A stretch of DNA of 64,000 nucleotides, from NCBI GenBank assembly GCA_002269645.1, contig NIVC01000927.1, positions 1-64,000 on the forward strand. Direction: 5' to 3'. Positions 46,799-58,836 of the stretch are shown in pieces. This DNA is from Macrostomum lignano. Lineage: Eukaryota. The position numbers and the translations under genes are program-made. Positions within the stretch are counted from its first letter, which is position 1; every line of letters starts with the position of its first letter. Under the pieces are notes generated by a model. It did no database searches. It saw nothing but the letters and a program-made list of their open reading frames with translations, and was not told the DNA's origin.

Positions 46799-49700
46799 TC
46801 AATCAGGCAGCAGCTGCTGCTTGTCCTCCTCATTGGCGCCAGCCGGTTGCTGCTGCCGCTGCCGCTCATTGTCGTCGCCTTCGGCACACGGCGGCCCGGT
46901 CCACTGCGGATGCGAGCGCCTCGGCTGAACTTCGGCCCGATGCACTGACGCGAATAGCCAGGCTGAGAATGTGAAGATGTTGAGCGGTGATTAGACTCAA
47001 TAAAAGTACAACTAGTAGAGGATAGGATTCGAACCTAGGACCAATATGAGAATTAGGGCTGCTGTTTATGAGGCTGTGTTTTGCCGAAAAAAAACACTAT
47101 GGATAAAGGTACTTAAAACAGACTCAATATTCATCTTTTGATATGTTGTGCCTTTCTTATAGCTCTATTTGTATTTATGGAGCTTTTCGTTTAGAAATTA
47201 GATTTTAATGGTTTTTAGGCACAGGACATGTATACAATTGTACGTAGAATACAAAATTAATATAGAATCCTAATTTTCTAAGCGAACAGCTTTAATATGA
47301 ATATCAAAAAAGCTTTAAGAAAGGCACCATATATCAAAAGATGAACATTGGTTCTGCCTGCTATCAAAAGCAATAACAATTTTTGTACTGAAAAAATGAA
47401 AACTTCCTATCTCCGTAGTGTATTTTTCGGCGAAAACCAGCTTCATAAACATTTTCTAAGAAACGTAGTGTCCCGTCCTTAAGTAGTTTCTTTAGTAGTC
47501 CTTAGCCTCTTTAGTAGTCCTTGGCCCAAACTTGTCTAGCAACTTACTGGGGAAAACGTCGAATTGAACTTGACGCATTTCGCCCCCGCCAAGCGGCGCA
47601 GAACTCTTAATCGGCACAGTGTCGTCCAGGACCTCGGCGGCCGCATCGTTTGATCGGCTCCCCCGATTCAAAGTGATGAAATAGACGCCAACAAAGGACA
47701 GAAGACAGCTGCAAGCAATGTGAGAAAGAAAAAGAGACGAATAGAAGTTTCTGGGTGTTCTACTGAGCAAACAGTGAATTCTACTACCAGGCCATAGCTT
47801 ACCCAAGCAGGAACATGAAGATGCTCAGACCGTGTAGACCCCAGAATTCGTTGAAGAAAACTATGCCTTAAAATAAATGGTGAGCACTTTTAATGTACCA
47901 AAAATCTCGTACAATTTTAAAGGTACAAGCGCTGCGTGCCAAATTACCTGACAAGATGGCGCTGATTGTGAAGAACACAAAATTGGTTGGTACAACAACT
48001 GTGCTGTCGCTGCCTTTCATGGCCATGTTTAAGTAGCTGCAATGGTGAGCAGTTGGCTTATAGAACTGGGAACCTGGGAGGTTGGCCCTGAAACTGGGGA
48101 CCTGGAAGGCTGGCCCTGCAACTGACACTCTGGGAGGCTGACCCAGCAACTAAGGATCTGGGAGGCTGACCCAGCAACTGAGGATCTGGGAGGCTGACCC
48201 AGCAACTGACACACTAGGAGGGTATCCCAGCAGGGTCTGGGAGACTGGCCTAGCAACTGACACTCTGGGAAGGTATCCCAGCAGGGTCTGGGAGACTGGC
48301 CCAGCAACTGACACTCTGGGAAGGTATCCCAGCAGGGTCTGGGAGACTGGCCCAGCAACTGACACACTAGGAGGGTATCCCAGCAGGGTCTGGGAGGCTG
48401 GCCCAACAACTGAGGATCTGGGAGGGTGGAAATCAACAGCATTCAAAGCTGCCAGTTAAAACAGTATAAAAACAGCACATAATTATCAAACTGTCACTAT
48501 CAGATTCCATGTTACAATATGCCAGAATAGCTAAAAAAACAGTGCTAGATGTCTACTAAAAAAAACTCACTAAACCTGCAGCACGGCAGTGGCCACAAGT
48601 ACGGCAGTCATGATATAGAGTACAGGATGTCCGAATTGCGGCAGGCCGGCGAGGCTAAGATTCAACAGACCAGACACGGCCTTGGCGCAGATCACTGTGA
48701 AGGAAGCTGAAATGCGTCCGAAATATGGTATGTAACTGAGTTGCATAAAGTGCAAATAATAATAAATTAATAATTGATTACACTTGCTCTAATGTGCAGA
48801 TTTGCAACCGACAGCTCAGCCGCAGCTAATGTGCGGCGCATCTGAAGGCTGCGTACGGCTGTTCAGTCCAAGGACTGGGGGGTCGCCACGCACATCCTCA
48901 ATTATCCCAGCTAATCCTGGTACCCATTTTACAGCTGGGTGAACTGAAGCAGTGCAGAGTTAAGTGTCTTGCTCGAGGACAAATTGTTCCAGTGGGATCG
49001 GGTATCGAACCCCCGACCTTCAAGTCGTGAGTCCGACGCTCTAACCACTAGGCTACAACCTCTGCTATAAATTGCAGATAAATTACATAAATTTGCTATA
49101 CAATGTTTTCGTAGAGAAACATTAGTGTTTAATGTTGTCGAGTTTGTGACCTGATTCAAGATATTGCTGTTTTGAAATATATTGTATACCACAAGGAGTT
49201 GATTAATGAATTTAGTTATTGACTTTCTTTAACTTCAGGTTCTGCTCTATACTTAACCCGGATGAAAACAGTACCTAGGCCAAGAAGCGTCCCCTGAGTC
49301 ACTTGCGTCACCACAGATTGGTTTCAGAGCTGTTTGAGGTAACACAGGTAAAATAGGAAAGAACTGACTCCAGACGAATCTAAATCGACGACATGTCAAC
49401 GGTACAGGTCAACAAGAAGTCGTCAAAGAGTCACCCGAGAGTCACTTTGATGCGTTTTATTGTCTGCGACTCTGGGACGCTTCTATAATGACTCTTCATG
49501 CGGAAGAAAAAAGTAACAACGCACCGACAATGCTGGTGATGAGCAGTAGGATGAGCACATTGTCTTTCTTAGCAACGTAGAGTAGAAAGAATAGAACTGT
49601 CAGCGTGAGAAGCTCCAGCGACTGAAAAATCGAAAAAGTCGAAACGAAACGAATCTCTATGTTAACTTATTGCAGTACTCTCCAATTATGACATTATCTG

Positions 49701-52700
49701 AGGAAGAGGAATTGAGGATCTGGGAGGGTGGCGAGTGACTGAGAATCTGGGAGTGGGAGGTTAACTGCAGAGATGAAGAATCCGAGAGTTACTGAGCATA
49801 TCACAAAAGCAAGGTGAGGTTTATTTACAATTAACCCAAAGTGAACTCACCACATAGATGATAAAGCGAACGCTAGTCAGAGCCTCCACCAGCTGGCTGG
49901 ATGACAGTACGTGCTCCTTCTGCAATATAAAATTGAAAGAAAGCGGTTACTGTTTGCAGTCAACTTTTTCCGCTAATCTTTTGATATGTTAGCTCAGATT
50001 ATTACTGATTATAGTAGTGCAGTCTGAAATTTCGTTTAAAATGCATCGGAAAAGTCTATACGGAATCCCAAAATTAGATAGCTGAAATGCCGCGGCTCAT
50101 AGGGCGGTTGCTGAAATTCAAAGGGTCAAGCAACAAAGGGAGAGCTAGGGTTACGCCATAGCTTTAAAGGAGGCTTTGATACCAAAGCTCAAATTATACA
50201 GTGAAAGATTTTTTTTAAATATCACGAACTTAAGTTATGCCTCCTTAACTGCAGTGGAGTACTGCATTTCAATACATGAACAGAAACTTGGATGTTGCAT
50301 GAAGCACCAGGAAACATTAAGTCGGTTGTCTTTCAAAAAAGTCCTTGAATATCTTATTCAGTGGCATGTCATCAATGGCATCCGCATACGCCTGCCTTGG
50401 CATTTTATGGACAAAAGAACCCGTCGCACTTCCTGCTCAAGGCAGTCATGGTTGCCACAAGGGTGCCACACAAGCAGAAGCAAATGAAACTTGTACCATA
50501 GATGTAAAGTCGCTATGAAATAAGTCAGTTGCTGTTACTCTTGCTAGCTGCTAAAAAGAGTCATGTAAAAAGTCCTAAGACGTTGGACACCTCTCAGAAT
50601 ATTAATGACCGTAGATTTGTGGCCACCCTGGAGCAACGCCTTTGACGGCATCGTCCCACAACCAGCGCTGAGACAATTGAACTGCTCATTCCGCTGACTC
50701 CTCAGCACATGCAAGCGCTCCAATACTGTACGCAGACACAGCACTCATACACACGCTCACACAGGGTGTACAGCTGCCCTGACTTTCTAATCGTCAGGCA
50801 TGTACAAAAGCCCCAAATGAATGCTCCTGGTGCGCGAATCAAACGTGTTTTCTGTTGATCTGCTCTGCCCCCCTCCAGCTCACCCTCTTGGAGAAGCTGA
50901 CAATGAGGAAAGCGCCAACGATAGACAAAGAGCTGCCAAACAGATCCTCAGGACGAAGGCGTTCGCGCAGGAACAGCACAGCGATGAACATATTGGCGAT
51001 GACGGTTGTAGTGCCAAGTGGTGCAACGGTGGAGGCAGGCGCGTAGCCATAGGCGGCAAAGTTACCCAACTCGCCAAGCACCATGAGAACTATGCCCACC
51101 CACCAGAGGGGCCGCTTCAAGTAGTGAGTTCGATTCCCGACTGTTAGCTGTTGATCACGGTTGTGCGTGTACTTCTGCGAGCAGCGAAGTGAAGATTTGA
51201 GAAGCTTGTGAGAAATGATCAGTTTGGTGTCTTCTTGAGTCTTGACCCTTGCTTGCTCTTTTTGATGGCCCACTGACCACCACTGAGTTCAACTAGCTTA
51301 TCTAATAGCACATTTTACTTATTATATTTATAAAAAAGGATATTCTAAAGCAGACTTACTTGAATATTGAGTGAAACACTGATTAAAAGATTTCCTATGA
51401 CAGCCAGAAGACAGCCAATGAAAATATCCTAAAATGATACAAAGGTTACATCTTATTAATAATTATTACAATCAGATCTTTATTTTAAAGACCAAATTAT
51501 AAAAAGTTAATTAGCAACAAGACTACTCATTGAGTTTTCAAGTAGTAGTAGTAGTAATTATGATTCTATTATATAATTAATATCATATTTCATATGCAAT
51601 TTTATTGAAAAATACCTGTATAACCTACACAAGTCTAGTAAACTTAAAAAAACTCAGCTTAACTTAACTAAAATATTATAACATAAATTGTTGTACTAAC
51701 TTACTAATGTTAATGTAATAAAGTTAGTAAGATTTAAAAGTTATGCAGAGTTATCAAAATATGAATAAAATGGCAACTCCAAAAATAGAGAACTTTTAAA
51801 CCTAAAAGAAATTTGTTTTGATGGCTAAAAGTTTGTAAAACTAATATCCAACTTTTGATATATCAAAAGTATATAGTGACTAATAGCATTGATCACTAAA
51901 CTAGACATTATTAAGCAAGTGTGAACATGCAAAGCTATTAAATTAAGATTAGATTTGTGTAGAAGTAGGATTGTATATTAATTTTTTATTCTACATACAT
52001 TTCCTATATCTAAAAATCATAAAAATGCATGACACAGCTTGAATCTTTGATTTTATGAATATATTTTATCATCTCCGTTACAAATATTTGTTACACAGTC
52101 AGCTAAGAATGCTAAAATAGACTCATAAAACCAAAGAGCCAAGCTGTGCCATTTCAATGGTTTTTAGGCACAAGACACGTGCAAATGTACGTAGAATAAA
52201 AAATCCATATAGAATCCTAATTTTCTGGACAAAAAGCTCTATGAATATCAATAGAGCAATAAGAAAAGCACAACATATCAAAAGATGAACACTGGATCTA
52301 TCTCCTATCAAAAGCAATAGCAATTTTTATGTTGAAAAAATGAAAACTTCCTATTTCTATAGTGTATTTTTTTGGGAAAACCTGCCTTTTAAAATTTTTT
52401 AAGAAATGAGGTTTCCTGTCTCTCTACTTAAGTCATCCTTGGTACATGTATGCAATTATTCCTTAAAGTATTTGAATATTTGTGCAGATGAGTAGCTATG
52501 AAAAACAAGAGAGTTGAGAGCTCTGATTTTTAATTTGCATCAACTGTACTAATTGTTAAGGTAGGCCTACTGTTGCAGTACATGCACCAGTGGTATTTAA
52601 AACACTGACTGGCAGTGGGGCAGGACTGCCGGCTAAATAGTGATAGGCTTATTTGACCATCAGTGGGGTAGGACTGCCAGCTAAATAGTGACAGGCTTTT

Positions 52701-53492
52701 TTGACTGGCAGTGGGACAGGACTACTGGCTAAATAGTGATGGGCTTATTTGACTGGCAGTGGGGCAAGACTGCCGGCTAAATAGTGACGAGCTTATTTGA
52801 CTGGCAGTGGGGCAGGACTGCCGGCTAAATAGTGATAGGCTTATTTGACCATCAGTGGGGTAGGACTACCAGCTAAATAGTGACAGGCTTATTTGACTGG
52901 CAGTGGGATAGGACTGCTGGCTAAATAGTGATGGGCTTATTTGACTGGCAGTGGGACAGGCTACTGGCTAAATAGTGATGGGCTTATTTGACTGGCAGTG
53001 GGGCAAGACTGCCAGCTAAATAGTGACGAGCTTATTTGACTGGCAGTAGGGGCAGGACTGCTAGCTAAATAGTGACATGCTTATTTGACCAGTGCCAGCT
53101 AAATAATAGGCCTAGCAAACTTTTTTGACTGGTGCCGGCTAAATAAGCCTGCTTATAATAAATATATAATGTAACAAAATACCTAGTTATTTCAGTAAGC
53201 AACCTGGCTTTGTACCTATGTCTTTAGATCTACTACCTAGCCCTAGGTCTATCCTTTCCAGCCAGCCCTAATGTAGCATATGGTAATATGGCTATGTTAT
53301 GTTAGGCCCTATGCCTATGGGCTATGGCATATGCACAAAAAGCATTAAGTTAAGGATTAGGCCTAGTTGAAGAGCAGAATAAAAACATATACTGCTATTC
53401 TCCTTTATATTTCTTTAAGAAAAAATAAATAGCCTAGCCCTAGTATATACCTACCTGATAGTGCTTTGCATTCCCATTTTGGGTGCCAGCAT
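46799..53492 (-). CDS. NIPA-like (NIPAL2/3-type) magnesium transporter, 5'-partial
   Basis: Exons 53492-53455, 51428-51360, 51174-50884, 49919-49851, 49621-49525, 48706-48571, 48036-47948, 47866-47803, 47708-47548, 46962-46799; all GT-AG and phase-consistent. Motifs GCLLAVIGNLLISVSLNIQKYTH, WWVGIVLMVLGELGNFAAYGYAPA..VAPLG. Start exon not located; the 53492 exon is the least certain. Confidence 0.88.
47060..47523. mobile_element. Copy of the 38236 MITE family in the last NIPAL intron
   Basis: Right TIR AAAATGAAAACTTCCTATCTCCGTAGTG...GTGTCCCGTCCTT...TAGTCCTTG nearly identical to 38490-38601; left TIR truncated. Confidence 0.75.
48065..48430. repeat. Composite minisatellite of the 28-bp family in a NIPAL intron
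   Basis: Units AACTGAGGATCTGGGAGGCTGACCCAGC interleaved with longer AACTGACAC..GGTATCCCAGCAGGGTCTGGGAGACTGGCCCAGC units. Confidence 0.8.
48765..49060 (-). mobile_element. tRNA/CORE-like SINE, best-preserved copy
   Basis: A box TAGCCTAGTGG, B box GGTTCGATACC, CORE-like GAGCAAGACACTTAACTCTGCACTGCTTCAGTTCACCCAGCTGTAAAATGGGTACC. Confidence 0.8.
52100..52441. mobile_element. Degenerate partial copy of the 38236 MITE family
   Basis: Internal sequence matches 47200-47400; eroded right TIR ends ...CTACTTAAGTCATCCTTG. Confidence 0.6.
52605..53140. repeat. 48-bp minisatellite in a NIPAL intron
   Basis: Unit TTTGACTGGCAGTGGGGCAGGACTGCCGGCTAAATAGTGATAGGCTTA, ~10 imperfect copies. Confidence 0.9.
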
Positions 53493-54348
53493 CTGTTAAG
53501 TCGGTTGGATTTTGTATGCCTTCCATTTATAATTATTTCCTCTTTATATATCGATAAAAAATAACTAACGCAAAAAATTCAAAACCTCAAGCATTGAATA
53601 AAAAGGAATAAGGATTACAGATGGCAATGCATAATGCATCGGCACAACAAGATGTCCATGTGGTCTCAGCTGACGACGACTAAATCGACCGGCCTTTTTC
53701 CGAAAAGAAAAAATCGAAATTTAAATGCAATAAAGACAGTGATTATAACTAATGTTGTAGGATAAATGCATACTTTTAAGTTTTTTGTATTGCTAGCTTT
53801 TAATTAAAGTCGACTAAATTATTATTAAAGCAAGATTTGCATATGCTTTTGTTGATTATTACTGCATTTAATGCACCTTGCCCCACCCAGACTATCCGAT
53901 GGTCCGGGGACGCGTCTGTGCCCTTATCCTCTGGAGAATATTGAGATCACCGCATACGCTCGTAGCAGATCGGGCTGCCGAATTAAAGACAAACCTCTGT
54001 AAAATCATAATAATTGCAGGCGCGCAGTACCAGCAGCTGAGTAATAAAGCGGCTCATTCTCATGCACCTATCTAGGTTCAGCCAGGCGCTCAGCCAGGAC
54101 GTCCATTGATAGACGGAGCGTCTTTTGAGAGACGTTCGTTATTTTATTAAGGGAGGCGTCAGGGTGGGGAAAAAGCAAAGAATTCAACATGTGCATGTAC
54201 ATGACTGAATTCCTACATGCATTTCCATTATTTTGAGAATCGTGTTTGTCAGCCCTCCTCCTTATTCTGGCGCCGCAGGTACTCATTTTGGCGCCGCAGG
54301 CATTACTTTTGGCGCCGCAGGCACTCATTTTGGCACCGCAGGCACTCA

Positions 54349-55321
54349 CCACATGGACAGGCGGACGGCCTGTCTGACCTGTTCGATACTTCATCAGGAG
54401 TTCTGCAGGGCAACGTACGCTAGCGCCGTTCCTCTTCGTGCTGCTGCTGGACTGGGTGCTTTGGACCGCACTCCCCTCGGCTAATGACGGCTTCCTGCTG
54501 CGCAGACGCATCGGTCACCGCCACGCGTAAAGCGCGTAAAGCGTGCTTGGCTACGCCGAGACCTCGCCCTCCTGTCCTCGTCCGGAGAAGGCGCCCAGTG
54601 CCAGATCGACAGGCATGGTCGAGGTGGCATCGAGCGTTGGTCTGATCGTCAACACGCTGAAGACCGAGGTGCTGACTGTACCGGCCGATATCCCATGCCA
54701 GCGGACCTGACGTGCGGCGGCGCAGACGGGCAGACGACGCTGCCAGCGGTTCACCTCTGGTGCCCCACAAGGAAGAGGACCTCCGGCGGCGCAGAGGACT
54801 TGCCTGGGCGGTCTTTCGTTCGATCCGAGCCGTCCTCCAGTCCGAAGTCGAAACCGTCCTGCTCTACAACGCCGAGACGTGGACGCTGAAACTCGACGGC
54901 TACGCTAGAGCGGCAGTTGGACTCGGCGCACTCAGGGCTGCTCCGTGCGGCCTTTCGAGCTGACGAGAGCGTCGGGACCGAGGCCCTGTACGATCAAGCC
55001 AAGCTGCAGCGCCCGTCCACCATCCTGCGCAGGCGGCGACTTCAACTGGCGGGCCACGTGATCCGGGCCGAGAGCTACTGCCCTAACCTGTTCAGGACGT
55101 CCTGCGCTGCTCACCTTAGGGTCCGTTCAGGCGGGGTCAGGCCCGAACCCGTCGATACGTGGACTACCTGCTGTGCGACGCTGGGGCGCCCGACACTGCC
55201 AACGGAGCGGACTTTGTTCTCTCCCAGGCTCTGCGGCGCGCCATCTGACGCGCCCTGTTTTAACTGTGACTGCATGACTGTTTGTTGTTGTTGTTGTTGT
55301 TTTTGTTGTTGTTGTTGTTGT
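54349..55321 (+). mobile_element. 5'-truncated, frameshifted RTE-like non-LTR retrotransposon
   Basis: RT motifs GVLQG..LAP.LFVL.LDW, YA(D)DLALLS with a 1-bp deletion, GL.VN..KTEV, VLLYNAETWTL, RRRRLQLAGHVIR; (TGT)n tail; TSD AGGCACTCA at 54340-54348 and 55322-55330. Confidence 0.85.
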
Positions 55322-56744
55322 AGGCACTCATTTTAGCGCCATAGGCGCTATATTTTGGCGCCCTGAAGAAAAATTATGATTACCACGTGTCACAAGGTGG
55401 GTTGGGGGGGGGGACAAAGCATTAGCACGTTCCCATCATAGCTTTTACTGGGGGGGGGGGGGACATGTGCCTGGCGTCAGCTCGTGTCGTGAGCTTATCG
55501 AATTAGTCAATAACCCTGCCAATGCTCTTAGGTGGCGGTTTTCAACATGTATTGCTGACTGTACATGCACTTTTGTCAGACAATTAAAATTGTTGGGTTG
55601 CCAATTTTGCAGCCATAAGCTAATTTGACTGGACCGTCAACTATAAAAACCAACCAAACTCGTCTCGAAACTTCGAGTATTAGAAAAATGCTTACTGAAA
55701 CTTATTTGTATTCGAGTAAAAAGCAAACCGAAGTACATGTACGAGCCACATGTTTATACTAGTTGTTGTTGTACGCGACTTGCAATAACATTATTTACAA
55801 TTGCTCTGTGTGAGTTTTAGTCCAGTGGCGATCAATAATTTATGTACCCCAACATGCATGTAAATCGCTAACATGTTCTTATAACATTTTCATACTTTAC
55901 ATATGTAACAGCGCGCTCATGCAGAAATTCTATTGAACATGAATTGTAGCAGCAGAGTCTGTGCTAAACAAGCGCGGGTGCGACCGGCCACGGGCTCTCT
56001 TTTGAAGTAGCTAATTGTCGCGAGTGATGTGCATGAAAAATGCATGAAACACACACTGCATAGATCAATGCGGTGGAGTGCAGTATGTGTCACATAGCGC
56101 GCAAAGCATCGTGCTCACGCACGCTTCATGCGGGGGCTTCTATACATATATTCCAAACTCGCACAATAGGGCTGATTGCATAGAAGGACCGCTGCATACT
56201 GGGTGTGCAACGTGCAATTAAATCTTTCATGACAGCCCGTTTGTCTTGGATTTTTCCTTGACCATAGCTGCGCCCATTGCAATTGCTTTGACGTCGAATA
56301 GTGTACGACAAGTACGAGTGTACACTCTTGATTCAAACTAGTTCTGCTCACCTGGGCCACAAAACGCTAGTATACGCTCGTAGGTAGTTGTGCTTTATTT
56401 GCAATTGCATGCAACCCTTCCCCCACATACTCACCTGCACCCACCTCTTCGTTTGTGTGTAGCCAGCCTGTTTCATTGTTCATTCAATGCTCCAAATTCT
56501 ACCCTTCGCGGACCGACTTGACAGAATAAATATACACTCAGGTTTTAGATTCAGTGCTTGCGTCTCCGATAATAAACGAACTCCGAAACTCGGCAAAGTT
56601 GCTTTTCATTTTTAAAGCTATTCTTGTCCAGTATACAACGCTCGGGGATTACTGGGTTGATATAAAATCGGTGAAAGTCTATTAAACAACTATCATTATA
56701 AGAAGTGATTAATAAAACCTTTGCGTTTCCAACAGCAACTGGAC

Positions 56745-57851
56745 ATGGCCCTGTCTCAGATCAATCAAACTTTCGACCCGCTGGCCGACGCTGAGAAGCT
56801 GCACAAGGCCATGAAGGGCCTCGGCACGGACGAGAAGGCCATTATTGATGTAATGGCGCACAGGCCGTCTCACCAGAGGGCGGAGATTGCCAAGGCTTTT
56901 AAAACTTCGTACGGCAAAGATTTAAAATCCGCATTTAAGTCGGAGCTGAGCGGCAACTTTCACAAAGTCTGTAAGGGTCTCTGCGACTACTTGTGCGACT
57001 ATGACGCCGCTTGCATTCGACGGGCGATCAAGGTGAGTCTTCACTACAATGCGAATCCTAATTCGAAGTTAATAGGAGTATTCGAATCCAAAATAATGTA
57101 ATGCTTCAATATACAGGGAGCCGGCACGGATGAAGACGCTCTGGTCGACATCATGTCGATGCGTAACAATCACCAGATCAGGGCGATTAAGGCTTCCTAC
57201 TCTCAAAGTAAGCCCATATTAAATCTTTACAATAAAAACGCTCTCTTACTTCATTGACCGCGACTTGACTGACACCATGCAGAGTTCCGCCGCGACATGG
57301 AGGCCGACGTGCGCTCCGATGTCAGCGGCGACTTCAGCCGAGTCCTCATCGGCCTGATGATGGCCAACCGAGACGAGAGCACCGGGCCAGTGAACCCAGA
57401 GATTGTCACTAAAGACGTTCAGGCCTTGTACGAAGCTGGCGAGAAACGAATGGGCACTGAAGAGTCAACCTTCAACCGGATCATGTGCACCCGGTCGCTG
57501 CCGCACATCGCCGCCGTATCGGCCGAGTACGCTCGGTCCCACAAGCGCAGTCTGAAGGACGCCATCTCCAGCGAGACTAGCGGCAACTATCGCAACCTGC
57601 TGCTTAGCATCGTCTCGTTCGCTACCGACCCAGTGGCTCACGTTGCCACCCTGCTCTACCACAGCATGAGAGGCATCGGCACAAACGACCGGCGTCTGCA
57701 GCGCGTCATCATCAGCCAGTGCGAGTCGGACCTGCCGGCCATCAAAGCGGCCTTCCAGCGCCTGCACAGCAAGGGCCTCGGCGATATGATTCGCAGTGAC
57801 ACGTCTGGCGACTATCGCAAGGTGCTGCTGGCTCTCATTGGAGAGGCCTAA
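56745..57851 (+). CDS. Annexin (four-repeat core), ~315 aa
   Basis: Exons 56745-57032, 57117-57207, 57283-57851. Repeats MKGLGTDE..SELSG, IKGAGTDE..SDVSG, GEKRMGTEE..SETSG, MRGIGTND..SDTSGDYRKVLL. N-terminus uncertain. Confidence 0.93.
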
Positions 57852-58836
57852 TTTCTGTGGCGCCAGAAACAGACCAATTAATAGGCTGTGACATCTCTAC
57901 TTGATCTCTGTTATAGAATAATTATCGAATAGTTATCGAAAATAATTGTGTTTTATATTTTACTCGCGCTTTAGTTTTTACAAGTTTACAAATCCAATAA
58001 TTAACCACAAACTCATAAATAATTTTTTTAACTGAACCTACGCGCCGGAGTTTGGTTGTACGTTGATGCTGCGCACACTATTGATGCTGCGCACACTATT
58101 GATGATAACTTTGCTGCCTACACACTATTGTATATTTATTTATTGAAAGCATGGTCGTATATTAACTAGCTAATTTGCCGATTTCGGGCGACTTTTATTA
58201 TAATAGAAGAAACTGTATAACTCGATTAACTTTTCTGTATAAAAATAATTGAATTCCAATCGTATCTATTACAATAAAAATCGAATCTTTTAAAGCAGTT
58301 CCTTTAAATGCTTCTGTTGGTACTTCCACAAAAATTATCCCATCTACTTGCATAACGGATGTAGATAGCGACAAAATCTGTCAGCACGGAGATGAAGCTA
58401 GTGAATGCGATGATGTGAAACGTGAACACGTACATGACATCAAGAATTCGAACTCGTCCCGGCCATAGACAATACAGCCAATCAACTTGATAAAAAAGTT
58501 AATTAAGCTAACAGCTCGTTCCAAGCTGCGGTCTTCCACAGACTGCAAGCCAAGCAAGCGGTTTAAGGATCTGTTCTGGTTAAAAAGACGATCAAGTAGA
58601 GAATTACATTCTCTGCATGGCACGTAGCGCACGAGTGTTTATGGCCATTATCTAATGACGCTACCTCAAAGCAATTTCATTGTACATCGAACACATAGGG
58701 ACATTGTGTCATGCTGTACGCTTATTATTAAACGCTTCGGAATCATTATTTAAGGCTACTAAAAAAACATTCATGAGACAATGTGTTTGTGCATATGGTT
58801 TTGTCATGGACAATGATTAAATTTAGTCTTTCGTGG

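Noticed and set aside
51175-51273. ORF-track N-terminus MGHQKEQ.. for the NIPAL gene
   Set aside because: Intronic read-through; the conserved GNLLISVSLNIQ exon lies at 51428-51360 and splices to 51174.
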